NCBI GenBank assembly: GCA_964016885.1
Contig: OZ024740.1
Location: 110,794,001 to 110,858,000 of the forward strand
DNA: 64,000 bases
DNA from: Eledone cirrhosa
Lineage: Eukaryota
Direction of reading: 5' to 3'
Made by a program: the position numbers and the translations under genes. The notes beneath the pieces were generated by a model. The model searched no databases, had not been told where the DNA came from, and saw only the letters and a list, made by a program, of their open reading frames with translations. This document shows positions 12,618 through 24,497 of this stretch, in pieces. How positions within the stretch are numbered: the first letter of the stretch is position 1; the number at the start of each line of letters is the position of its first letter.

Positions 12618-15600
12618 ATGGCCGTATTAAGAGTAGGATGTTTAAATGTTCGAGGCGTGGGATCGTCCTGGAAGCAGGGTCACCTGCTCAACGACCTCAG
12701 GTCTATAGAAATGAATGTAATTGCAGTCAGCGAGACCAGGATTTCCGACACGCGCGCACTAGCCCCCATTTTCGACGACTATCAGATCTTTGCATCTGTT
12801 AGCCAGCCGGGAATGGGAGGCGGGGTGGCAGTGCTGTTTAGGAAAGGCCTGGATCTCGAGGTAAGGTCGATCTTCTGGGACCCGGACGGGAAGTTGGTGG
12901 TCCTGGACGTGAACAATAATGAAGGTGGTGCCTTTAGACTGGTGGCCGTCTATACTCCTACTGGGGCAGGACGGCCGGACTTCTTTAGACGCCTGGAAGT
13001 CTTTCTGGGTACGTCTCGCCCTTTACTGTTAGCGGGGGACTGGAACGGCATCTTAGACGCACGCTGGGACTGTGTGGGAGTATCCGATAGGAGCGGGGGT
13101 GCAAAAGCCTCAAGAACCTGATCAGCCAGTTCCAACTGTCTGGCAGGTACCGACTAGATTTCCCTAATGCGCCAGTGTGGACCTGGGCTATCGCATAGGG
13201 TCATCTAGATCGTATATAGACAGGATATTCATTAGGAAAATAGACAGAAATAGTGTAAGCTGTCCACGTTTTGAAACGGTCGCCTATTCAGATCACAAGT
13301 TTGTGATCTGTATGGTCGACCTAGATAAGACGCGTAGGTTTGGACCTGGTTACTGGAAGCTAAACATGTCATTTCCGGCACGTAAGGCTTACAGGGACCA
13401 GGTCAACAATTTAGTTAAGAAAAAGTGGACAGGGGGAGTCGTCAACAATAGATGGTGGGGGGCTCTCAAAAGAGAGATTAGAGTAATGTCGATAGAGTTT
13501 AGCAAAGAAGTAGCATTAGAGAAAAATAGAAAGGAGGGAGAGTTGGTAGATAAGTTAGACGAGGCTATTGGTAGTGGCATTGCAACTGATGTGCTAGCGG
13601 CGAGAATGGCATTAGACAATTTCTTCAATGCGAAACACGAAGGTTGCATTGTCAGAGCTAAGGCGCGTGCTCTGAGAAACGAGGGAACCAAAGCTGTTCG
13701 ATGGGCCCGCGTGGCAGGGGCGCGGCGTGGTAATAAAACGACGATTCGGTCTTTGACGGACCGAGACGGCCTCGAGCTGAGCGATTCCAAGAGGATGTGT
13801 GAGGCCTTTCACCAACATTTTGCTCGGTTGTTCGGGGGAAGTGGCGGGTCAGAGATGGTGGCGGACTTCAGTCCCTACCTCGATGGCTTGTCGCAACTCT
13901 CGACGGCTGACGCTGGGCGCTGCGAAAGGCCAATTACTTCAGCCGAGATTCAGGATGCCCTTGTCGGCTGCATGAGGCGCAAGTCACCCGGTTTGGATGG
14001 TCTGCCTTACGAGCTTTACGTAAATATGCCAGACTTGTTCTCCAATCTCCTCGAAGCCCTCTACTGCAACTGGCAGCAAAACGAGGGTATTCCCAGTTCT
14101 GTGAGCCGGGGCGTAGTGACGCTGATAAGGAAAGACGAGAACAAGAGGGACACATTAGACAATTTCAGGCCCATAACTCTCCTCAACACAGAGTTTAAGA
14201 TTTTGGCCAGGGTGTTAGCAAAGAGGTTGGCGCTTGTCGTCGGGAATTTGGTTGGGGAGGCGCAAACTTGCGCAATCCCAACCCGGTCCATACACAACAA
14301 CCTCCACCTAATGCGATACATCATAGAGAGGGTGGGGTGTAAACCTGGCTTCGGTGGGGCTCTGATAAATTTAGATCAATCGAAAGCATTCGATAGGGTC
14401 GACCATCGGTACCTGGAGGCTGTCCTCAAGGCGGCTGGCTTCGGCCCCGTCTTCAGAAGCTGGATCGCTGCAATGCACAGCGGCACCTGCTCGATGATCA
14501 AAATTAATGGCCACCTCTCGGAACCGTTTCAGGTCTCCCGATCGGTCCGTCAAGGGTGCCCTCTCTCCTCCCTTCTGTACGTATTGACTCTCGAGCCTTT
14601 ACTGCGGAAGCTGGAGCTGTTGCAGGGCATCCCGCTCGAACCGGGACGCGGAAGGGCTGTGTCGGCATATGCGGACGACATGACCGTGATGGTGTCGGAC
14701 ACCTCAGAAATCGAGGTGGTCGGCAACTTATTGGAGGAATATGAAAGGTTGACGGGAGTAAAACTTAACCCGGAAAAGTCAGTAGGCTTGCAACTCCGCA
14801 CCTGGAGAGGCAAGTCCATGCCGTCCAACAGCGTCGTTAGGCGCTAGACGGACGGACCGGTAAAGTTGCTAGGGGTTTGGTTCGGGCCAGACCTCCAGGT
14901 GGATAAGAATTGGGACGAGGTGACGGGCAGGGTAGTCAGTCTCACCCAGAAATGGGCTGGGATGAAGCTATCACTGAAAGGTCGGGCGGAGGTGGCGAAC
15001 GCGTACATCGCGTCCGTCATCTACTACCGTCTGACTGTCGTCCCTTGCCCCCGTTCGCGCCTCGCCATCTTGGAGCGGCTCCTCTTCAAATTCTTGTGGA
15101 ATGGTCAGGTTCGGCTGGTCAGGCGGTCCATCTGCTGCCAGCACCCTCTACGTGGAGGGCTGGGCATGCCGTGGCTAATGATGCGCAGGCACGCGTTGAG
15201 ACTGCGGCATCTCCAGATATTCTGCCTAAACGGTGAACAGGTGTGGTTGCCGTTTGTCAGACGGGCCTTTCCGCAGCTCGTTTCTTTGACTGAGTTGCAG
15301 TCCTGGGTCAAGAAGAGACCGAGACTGGGTGACTGGAATCTGGAATGTTGCCAGGCACTCACTGCCCTCTACCAGGCGGGCAACGCGGTCAGTGGAACTT
15401 CCACTCTCGAGTTCTATAGAGGATTAGTGGTGGGGAAGTGCGACGACGCACTCGGAGAGGCTCTGGGAGTCAACGAAGTCGAACTCACCAGTCTGTACCG
15501 GAGGACTTTCGAGCCCCGGAGACGATGGATAATTTCCAAAAATCCCTCGCTTGGCAGTGCTACCGGGGAGGGGGGGCACTGCCGGTTCGAGATAAACTCT

Positions 15601-16046
15601 ACAGGCACGGAAGTGCTGTCAGACAGACCTGCCCGAGATGCGCGCAGAGCGACGAAACCGCTCTGCACGCACTCGTCCAGTGTCCGTGCATTACTGACTT
15701 GTGGAGTTATGTCGAACAGCTGTTGTCGCGTGTAGAACGGATCCGGCTATCGGCCGAGTCCATAGTGAAGATCGACCCGCCGCCTTCTTTTGGCCAGGAA
15801 GGGCAGGCAATTTTCCTCTGTCTGGTGGCAGTAGCGAAAGATGTTGTATGGTGGACGAGGTTGAAAGGACTGAAGACAGACACTTTTGTCTTCGGCCAAT
15901 CCCTCATCAACTTTTTCAAGTTTCACTTGGAAAGGAAGGTAAGGGTGGAGAGAGAAATGCTGCCCCCCAGTACATTTGCTGAAAGGTGGGTGAATGTGGC
16001 GAGAATGGCCCGTGTGAGGGGGCCTACTCTGGTCATGCGGCTGTAG
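12618..16046 (+). pseudogene. LINE ORF2 (APE endonuclease + reverse transcriptase + zinc finger), interrupted
   Basis: EN motifs LNVRG, SET, GDWN, YIDRIF, SDH. RT motifs KSPGLDG, FRPITLLN, DQSKAFD, RQGCPLS, AYADD, GGLG. C-terminal CPRC..ETALHALVQC. Frameshifts near 13100-13190 and ~15515, and an in-frame TAG at 14845. Confidence 0.93.
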
Positions 16047-16384
16047 GTAGGTAAATTTGAAGAGGAGAGGGGTGCCCTTCCAGGGTGCCCTTGTGGCCAA
16101 TAAATGAAATCATTATCATTATTATTTATGAAACCGTTTATAGTGCTCCCCTTCTAATGCCGTTTGCTTCAAATGCACATTCAATATGATTAGTCTACTT
16201 CATAATCCATCTGTGTAAATAGTATTTAGCTTAGTCATAATATTAAATAACAGCACATGATAATTTGGAAGCATTATTGAAAGTGTTATTTTTTATTTAT
16301 TCTTAAAATGCGAAAATTTATTAACGAATTGAAATTATTAGTGTTTTAATGATAGGGATACTGTCTTATGAAAATATTCCCTTC

Positions 16385-16570
16385 CATAACCACCCTGTTG
16401 CCGAGGTTAACTCTCAGTTGCTCCTAGAACTAGTTTTTCTTTCAGCTAAATGAACGGGTGCAATGTGAAACAATTGCTCAAGACCTCAATGCACCATGTG
16501 GACCAGGAATCGAGCCTACATCCTTATTATGAGTCCAACGCCCTAACTACTACGTCATGTACATTCACTG
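16385..16570 (-). mobile_element. SINE family 2-like fragment
   Basis: ttttcagct.aatgaac...gcaatgtgaaa...ttgctcaaga...caggaatcga matches 58140-58270 and 17040-17170. Confidence 0.55.
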
Positions 16571-16865
16571 GGTGTAGTTTCACATAACTCTTCTGAAAAT
16601 ACAACATAGCTGAAAAGGTTATGGTTAGGGTTAGGAGGTGAACCACAAAGGGAAATAAAATAATTTTAATAACACTTGGAGACCGGCGGGGAAAGGGGTG
16701 GGAGTGGAATCAGAAGTATCATAAGGTATATGTGTGCACCTAAATTATAAACGAATATAAAAAAAAAGTAAAGTGAAAGCGTGGCAGTACACATATAGAA
16801 TTTACGAAACTCTAATCGACACAGAGAGACAAGCATTTAGAAATATATAATAGACATGCTATAAA

Positions 16866-17173
16866 ATCTGGTACTCCTTCGGTTACGACGATGAGTGTTC
16901 TGTTTGAAGCGATCAATAGAGCACCCTACTCGTAAAATTAACAGGCTAGTGGCAGATTATCCCATAGACACTGGTATCTATAGCGTAGTTCTCATGGAAT
17001 TTCATTGAGACACAAAATTTGAACTACAGGTACAACTCATTTTTGCCAGCTGAATGGACTAGAACAATGTGAAATAAAGTGTCTTGCTCAAGGGCAAAAT
17101 TCGCTGCCCTGAATCAAACTCACAACCTTACAATCATGCGCCAAATACTCTAGACACTACGCCCCGCACCTTC
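16866..17173 (-). mobile_element. SINE family 2 copy (tRNA-derived head)
   Basis: Contains the reverse complement of the ccttgag.aagacactttatttcac.ttg core seen at 47980-48030. Confidence 0.7.
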
Positions 17174-17366
17174 ACAGATGTGTTATAATATACATGTATA
17201 AATAAGTCCATGTGTATGTATGTACACAGATATAGTTACACACATGTATTTGCCTGTCCAGGTTCGATAGATATGTATGACACGTTTGTTAGTTTGTCAA
17301 ATATACATGGATTACTAAGTGGTATATGTGTACGTATGTAGTTGTATGTAATCTCTCTCTCTCTCT

Positions 17367-17410
<44 letters not shown>

Positions 17411-17871
17411 GCCAGTGCGATCACACACACACAAATACACATATATATATATATACACACACACATATATATTTGTGTGTGTGTCTGTGTGTGTATATTA
17501 GTGTGTGTATGTATGTTTGTGTGTGTGTGTGTGTGTGCGCGCGCATGTGTGTGTGTGTGTGAGCGTGTATGAGATGCTGCTGCAATGCATGATTCATTTT
17601 CTGATGTCAAGATCATTTCTGTTTTCTATCCTAAACTAAAAAAAAGGAAGTTCGACAAATGCTAAGCTGTAACACAACCAAAAACCCACCCACACACAAA
17701 CACATGGACACACACACACACACACACGCACACATATTGACACACGCTAACCAAAACACTTATACAAATATGCATGTACATATTTTCACATATACACATA
17801 TATATGTTTATATATATAAAATACATGCGAATATATATTTATATATACACATATATTTGTGTATGTGTCAG

Positions 17872-17906
<35 letters not shown>

Positions 17907-18286
17907 CCATATGCGTGTGTGTGTATATATACATATATATAGTTGAGATGTAGTAGTGGTGGTGATGGTTATAGCGGTCCTTATGGTTGTAGTTGTGATG
18001 TTGTCTTGGCAGTTGCTGTGGTAGTGAGTATTTTGTCGATACTGGTGATTGTGATGATATTCGTGGTAATAATTGTGGCAATACAGATAATAGTGCTGAT
18101 GTCAGTGGTTGTCCTGCTAGTCGTGGTGGTCGTGATGATTATCATGGTTGTATTGTGAGTGTTAATGGTTATAGTGGTAGCATTGGTATTGGATGGGGTG
18201 GCAATATTTATAGCATTGCTGGCGGTGGTAGTTGTAGTTCTAATGATTGTGGTGGCTTGGATCGTTGTAGTAATAGTGGTAGTCTT

Positions 18287-18734
18287 TGTGGTAGTTGGAA
18301 CAACGGCAAAACTATTTGAAATATCTGCTGATTCAGTGTTGTTGTTTTTAATCTAAGGTGTTCTTCGTGGCTGTCTGATCAATGGCCGAGATATGGAAAT
18401 GGCGAAATGCAAAAAGCGAGTCTTGGGAATCACAGTGGGAATGTAGTTGCAATAGAAACATCGACCAAGTGACAAAGATAAGAACGATATTGTTCGCCTT
18501 GTTTGGAATCTTGTTTGGCATTTAGTTTTATAACGGTTGCTAATTTGTTTGGAAGGAACTGGAGTAGTGGCGTGCTCTGATATGTTCTAGAATGTTCGGG
18601 AGGAACTGGAGTAGTGGCGTGCTCTGGTGTGTTCTAGAATGTTCGGGAAGGAACTGGAGTAGTGGCGTGTTCTGGCGTATTCTAGAATGTTCGGAAAGGA
18701 ACGGAAAAACTAGCCGGACATGTTTTCTGTCACA
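18287..18734 (-). mobile_element. Probable solo LTR
   Basis: TGTG...CACA termini, ~450 bp. On the minus strand the order is tandem-repeat enhancer, TATAAAA (18526-18532), ATTAAA (18347-18352). No clean TSD. Confidence 0.5.
18551..18700. promoter_or_regulatory. 3 x 47-48 bp tandem repeat, each unit with a canonical heat-shock element
   Basis: gTTCt aGAAt gTTCg (gGAAg) at 18584-18598, 18631-18650 and 18679-18693 matches alternating nGAAn pentamers. Confidence 0.7.
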
Positions 18735-18941
18735 AGTCAATCATTTATTTGTTTTGTTTTGTTTTCGTTTTGGCGTCTGTTTTTTTCTCTCTTTCTTCGT
18801 CTCATCTTTTACTGACTCCTCTTCCACATATTGTTCATTCATTCTAGTCTTCGTCTTATCTTCCACACATTCACATCTTTACTTCACATCACCTTATCAT
18901 ACTCTTTCTCTTCATCTTATACTCTTCTACCTCATTATCAT

Positions 18942-19067
<126 letters not shown>

Positions 19068-19210
19068 CAGGGAGTGTAACTTGGAGTTACTGTAGCTTCA
19101 CCTGGGTGAGCACTCGATGTTTAGGTTCACTTCAGTGCCGAGGTGTAGTGTATTATAGTTAAATAAAATAACAGGGACGATTGGTTACTCCTTCATTACG
19201 TTTATTGGTT

Positions 19211-19295
19211 GTTGACGCGTGTTTCGCCACTGACCAGCTCAAGATTCGATCTGTATCGATCTGACCTGACTCTGTAATCTGCGGCTCCTCAGACC
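19211..19295 (-). ncRNA. Type I hammerhead ribozyme motif (long stem II)
   Basis: Minus strand: ggu CUGAGGA gccgc...guggc GAAAC acgc GUC aac. Confidence 0.65.
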
Positions 19296-19331
19296 CCTTG
19301 TAATGTTAATTCTTCCATTAACATTACAAGA

Positions 19332-19416
19332 GGTCTGACGAGCCGCGGATTACAGAGTCAGGTCAGATCGATACAGATCAAACCTTGCGCTGGTCAGTGG
19401 CGAAACGCGCATCACC
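19332..19416 (+). ncRNA. Type I hammerhead ribozyme motif (long stem II; GUC>AUC variant)
   Basis: ggt CTGACGA gccgc...gtggc GAAAC gcgc ATC acc. Confidence 0.6.
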
Positions 19417-19465
19417 AACCAATAAACGTATTGAAGGAGTAACGAATCGTTCTTGTTATCTTATT

Positions 19466-19521
<56 letters not shown>

Positions 19522-19647
19522 ATATATCAAAGGTATATATTGAGTTAAGAACTTAAAATAGTCTCTTACAATAAAATAGCTTTAAGAAAGAGATTTTTCC
19601 GAATCGTATTTTTTGAGTTCCTAATTCAATATATACCTTTGATATAT
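19522..19647. repeat. ~40-bp imperfect inverted repeat abutting (TA)n
   Basis: atatcaaaggtatatattgagttaagaactt versus gagttcctaattcaatatatacctttgatat. Confidence 0.85.
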
Positions 19648-20063
19648 TCGGCTCCGTTAATTTGTTGAGCTATTTCAAATGTCGAATAAACCTGGCTGCT
19701 ATTTTTAGTGGTGTAAGTTTGTGAGACACGCTGAGATACCATGTGCGTTATTATATATAGCACACTATTCAGTGTTTTAATATACTTAGAAGTGTCTAGG
19801 ATACTAATTTGTCACCCACTGATGAGCAAGAATTGGTATTTCTATTCACAATTATTTAGTATTTCGAAAAAGCACCAAGCTGTCTGGGTGATTGGTAGTT
19901 ACCACAATTCCGATTTGTATTTATTTTCTTGATTTTTTTCTTAAATTGAGACAGGCAAACCCTATTGTCTATAATTAGTATGCTTTTCACCTTAGCGAAT
20001 CTGGTCCCTTGAGATTTGAACACATATATGTATATATCTGTGTTCGTTTTTCTTTTATATTCA

Positions 20064-20135
<72 letters not shown>

Positions 20136-20638
20136 ATGAGAAGAAAGAATACTGCGTGGTTGCACATGGGTTACATATGATAAAAATAGTCCTTCGTCAG
20201 TGATTTTCCAACCTTCATTGGTATTTCATCGCATTAAAAATCATATACCTCCGGTTGGTGCGAGCAATAGCTAAATAAAGCTATTGGGACAAGTAAATCG
20301 CGTAAAGCGAGTGAGACATGTAAACAACATAGAAGGATGAAAGCAACGCAAATGTAGGAAAAAACAAGCAACATGGTTATCCGGTCAGCATAAGCTGGGT
20401 GGATTTCATGAGCGAGCGTCAAACAGACCATCCGACGTGAGTGAGATGTGAGCAACAAGAGAACCCACTACAAGCCAAACGGGAGGAAGTGAGAAGGGGA
20501 GAAACAGAGAGTGAGTGAGTGGAAGTGCGAGGAGGAGGTCAGTCGAGAGAAAGTGTAACTGACAGAGGGGGCGAAAGAAGGTGAGAGAAACAGAGAGAGC
20601 GGGGAAGCAGTAAGAGAGAAACAGACAAACGCAGCCGA

Positions 20639-20680
<42 letters not shown>

Positions 20681-20684
<4 letters not shown>

Positions 20685-20905
20685 GCGCTGTGGCCCTGGG
20701 TGGACCATCAGTACCGTTGGTAGGTGTCGAGACTGCCAGTCCATCTCAACGGCCGATGACACTGGAGATCTGTATCTTTCGCGTGTATTTTTATTTAAAA
20801 AAAAAATTTTTTAAGGTTTCCCCTTAAAAAATTGTTTTTCGTTTTGACTTGTTTCCGTTCGTTGTCTTGCGCCCTCTTTGTTAATTATATTTTTATAGTT
20901 TATCA
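20681..20905 (+). mobile_element. Repeat family Q copy starting at (TA)n
   Basis: tcaggcgctgtggccctgggtggacca..gttggtaggtgtcgagactgcc and ggtttcccctt..aaattgtttt match the reverse complement of 8985-9123. Confidence 0.7.
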
Positions 20906-20975
20906 ATACTAATGTGACGTATCTTTTATCCCGCCATTTATTGCAGTGACTTACATTTTTTAAACACGTTACCTT

Positions 20976-21059
20976 ACTTTCTTGATGCTTTCTTTTTTTC
21001 CTCGTTTGTTTTGTTTAATTTTGTCCAAAATTATAACGATATCCGTTTCAACAAACGAA

Positions 21060-21146
<87 letters not shown>

Positions 21147-21149
21147 ACC

Positions 21150-21196
<47 letters not shown>

Positions 21197-21597
21197 TTTG
21201 TTTGTATATTTCTTTTGCAAGATTTCTTATCTGAAAACGTGCGTTGAAACAGATATTGTTATAATTGTTTCTACTTTAGGCACAAGGCCAGCAATTACCC
21301 AGTGCATTACTAGTACTTTATTTTATCGACCCCGTAAGGATGAAAGGCAAAGTCAACCTCGGTGGGATTTGAACTCAGATCGTAAAGGGACGTAACTATG
21401 GCGTTGTTATAATGTTGGACAAAATTAAACAAAAGAATCGAGGAAAAAAAATAGTAGCATGAAGAAAGTGATGTCATTCTTTTCCTTTTTTTAAAAAAAG
21501 GAAAAGAATGACTTCACTTGCAGTTCTAAACAATTTGATTTAATTAAAAATTATGGTTTGGTAGATCTAGTAAGTTTTTATTAGTCGGTGGTGATTG

Positions 21598-21600
<3 letters not shown>
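20976..21600. repeat. Composite fold-back: inverted repeat spanning a (TA)n tract, interrupted by a SINE, plus a 40-bp perfect palindrome
   Basis: 20976-21052 versus 21243-21469 (SINE removed). 21473-21512 is a perfect palindrome. 21505-21600 is homologous to 40909-41080 (-). Confidence 0.8.
21265..21402 (-). mobile_element. SINE family 1 copy, 5'-truncated, with TSD
   Basis: TSD ttgttataat at 21256-21265 and 21404-21413. Confidence 0.9.
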
Positions 21601-21662
<62 letters not shown>

Positions 21663-22344
21663 AATGTGTATGTTGTAGTTTAGGGAGGTTGGAGAGAGTG
21701 TGTTGGAGAAAAGGTGGTTGGGAATTGAACCTCTGAGGTGTGAAAATATGAAGTGAGTATATGAAGCCAAGATTTCAGGGTATTATAGTGTGAAGTCAAA
21801 ACAAAAACGTACAGTGGCTTGTTGGAATGTTCTCTGGGCGAGAGACATTCAACGCGATCCCGACCTAAATGGTGGTTTGCAATGGAGAAATTATTTGAAG
21901 GATTAAAAAAATTGTCTTGGCTAAATCTAATTTGCCTAATGTTGATATTAAGGACGTTGTTCTATTTCTAGAACGATGGATAGAAGGACGTTTTGTGGCA
22001 TTTTTCTGGCTCTGTGCAATCTGTGTTCAAATCCAGCCTATAAACTAACTCAATTGTAAGGTGAATTTTTCCATTATATCTTTTTCTCATTTCTTTTTTG
22101 TTCTTTCTCTCACCTTTTTTTGGAAATAATCAATTTTCATCTAATATGAAAAGGGAGGATTTTCTCCAGGGCTAAATGCCCAACACAAGCAGTGTACCAC
22201 GATGGTGCGCCTAGGATTCCAGCAAATATTAAGTGTTCATGGATGTGTGTATTTGTGTTTCTCCTTGTTGGTAGTGCTGGTGGTTGTGGTGAGTCATTTA
22301 TTTTCTCGATCTTGTTATAGTATTGGTGTCGGTGACGTAATAAT

Positions 22345-22528
22345 TGTTTCTACTTTTGGCACAAGGCCAGCAACTATCGCAGTACATTACTGCTACTTTA
22401 TTTTATCGACCCCGTAAGGATGAAAGGCAAAGTTAACCTCGGCGGGATTTGAACTCGGAACGTAAATCGCCATAACTCTATGCTTTAAAGCATGGTGTCT
22501 GATGCTCTACCGATACTGCCAATCCACC
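22345..22528 (-). mobile_element. SINE family 1, full-length tRNA-derived copy
   Basis: A box TGGCAGTATCGG and B box GAGTTCAAATCC on the minus strand. 13-bp TSD gtgacgtaataat at 22332-22344 and 22529-22541. Confidence 0.92.
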
Positions 22529-22657
22529 AGTGACGTAATAATGCTATAGTTTTAATACTGCTGTTGTAATTGTTGTAGTTACCGTTGTTGTTGTTACTGA
22601 AACTGCCATATTATTGTTAATGATGTTGAGGTAGTAGTGGGGATGGTATAATTATTG

Positions 22658-22708
<51 letters not shown>

Positions 22709-22784
22709 GTAGAACACTGGAAGGTAATATCCGTAGTGGTAGAGCACTCAGTCCATGGGACGAGTTAGGTAGAAGTGGTTACAC

Positions 22785-22903
22785 AACAGTTAGTTCACCA
22801 TACCGAGAACCGTTGTCCTTCCTGTGCCGTATAATCATGTCCATTACGAACTGAGGATCCGCTAAGGTGAAACAATTGTTCTCGTTATGGTGAACTAACT
22901 GTT
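22785..22903. repeat. 26-bp inverted repeat enclosing a hammerhead motif, between (TA)n tracts
   Basis: aacagttagttcaccataccgagaac versus gttctcgttatggtgaactaactgtt. Confidence 0.88.
22847..22884 (+). ncRNA. Minimal type I hammerhead ribozyme motif
   Basis: cgaa CTGAGGA t cc gctaa gg t GAAA caattg TT ctcg. Stem III is the palindrome CAAUUG; stem II is very short. Confidence 0.55.
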
Positions 22904-24136
22904 ATATGGCTATATATATATATATATATATATAACCATATATAATATAGTTATATTGCCGCTGCTGGATTGTTGTTGTTATTGATGTTATTGTTGTTAT
23001 GTTGGAGAGAATAATGGAATGATATTATAGAGGTGGCAGGGGTGATGGAATTACAGTATAGTTAGAGAGTTGTTGTTGCGCTGGTGATAATAGTGAATGC
23101 TATTTTTGTTTCCATGACAATTTGCCAGATGTTTTAACCTAATAATTTGTGATCAGTAATCCTGGAATGTATCATTTTTGGTTTTGTTTTGTCATGCTTC
23201 TTTTTACTTTTAGCGTCCCACATTACTACAGATCATGTTCCACTGTGAATAGGCGGAGTGGCGTAAGGGTTACGGGAGAAGATATGGGTATGCATGCATC
23301 GAGGAAAAATAGAACAAGGTATGCGTGTGAGGGTGTATATATGTGTCTCTGTTTGTGCATGTATTTGTGTATGTGTTTGGGTGTGTGTTTGTGTGTATGT
23401 GTGTGTGTGTGTGTATGTGTGTGTGTGTGTGTGTGTGTGTTTGACGGAGAAGTGGAAGGGAGTGGTCAGTAAGCTAAAACCAAATGACCTGACACATCTA
23501 TCTATATCTTTGTTTCAACGTCAGCTCCATTGGTCTCAGCCGTGTCCATCTTTCTGGAATATCGTATTTTCCCAGGAGATGGTATGTTAAGGATGAGCCC
23601 TTCACACTGATAGATACATAGATAGATAGATAGATAGATACATACATACATACGCATACATATATACACAGATGCATACATACAAATATATCTGCATACA
23701 TACATACATACATACATACATACATACATACATACAAACATACATACGTATATACATACAAACATGCATACAAACATACATACATATATACAAACATACA
23801 TACACACACACATACATACATACATATATACATACATACATGCATACATACATATATAAATACATATATAGATACATGCATACATACATATATACATGCT
23901 TCCCCCCTTTCTTCCTTTCTCTTTCCTGTGTAAACATATACTCAAACTCCTGTCTACAGACACTTCGTCCTCCTTTTACTTCCCTGCCTCCTTCTCCCTC
24001 CCCTTCTCTCATCCCGTCCTCTATCCGACACGTCATCTTCGTAATCATAGTGCTTCGTGTTCGTAAAGTGTCGTGGCCTAGTGTTGGTGTTGTCATTATA
24101 GTCATCAGTATGTTATCATTATTATTCGTCATCATA

Positions 24137-24497
24137 GGGCGGTGGATTGGCAGTATCGGTAGAGGGTCGGACGCCATGCTTTGCAGCATGGAGTTACGGC
24201 TCTTTACTACCTCAACATCATTGACAATAATATGACAGTTTCAGTAACAACAACAACGGTAACTACAACAATTACAACAGCAGTATTAAAACTATAGCAT
24301 TATTACGTCACTGATGGTTTGGCAGTATCGGTAGAGCATCAGACACCATGCTTTACAGCATAGAGTTATGGCGATTTACGTTCCGAGTTCAAATCCCGCC
24401 GAGGTTACCTTTGCCTTTCATCCTTACGGGGTCGATAAAATAAAGTACCAGTAATACACTGGGATAATTGCTGGCCTTGTGCCAAAAGTAGAAACAA
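24137..24497 (+). mobile_element. Composite SINE family 1 copy carrying an inverted duplicate of 22340-22637
   Basis: TSD attattattcgtcatcat at 24118-24135 and 24497-24514. 24205-24500 is the reverse complement of 22340-22637. Confidence 0.88.

Larger units (their letters stand above)
10406..16105 (+). mobile_element. L1/Tx1-clade non-LTR retrotransposon, near full length, disabled
   Basis: ORF1 has a CCHC knuckle and ORF2 has APE endonuclease, RT and a C-terminal zinc finger. AATAAA lies at 16099-16104. Imperfect (ATT)n-containing flanking duplication at 10379-10399 and 16106-16126. Confidence 0.9.
19154..19473. repeat. 157-bp inverted repeat (6-nt loop) with a hammerhead motif in each arm
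   Basis: 19154-19310 versus 19317-19473; the right arm runs into (TA)n. Confidence 0.93.

Noticed and set aside
10409-16100. Long antisense or alternate-frame ORFs over the LINE (e.g. 10578-11591 -)
   Set aside because: They are shadows of the sense-strand ORF1/ORF2.
18551-18700. CRISPR-like appearance of the 48-bp repeats (also 33278-33660)
   Set aside because: The units are contiguous tandem repeats with no unique spacers, there are no cas genes, and the context is eukaryotic.
20140-20205. Minus-strand CUGACGA-aggac motif
   Set aside because: No matching stem II partner or GAAA core; too degenerate to call a hammerhead.
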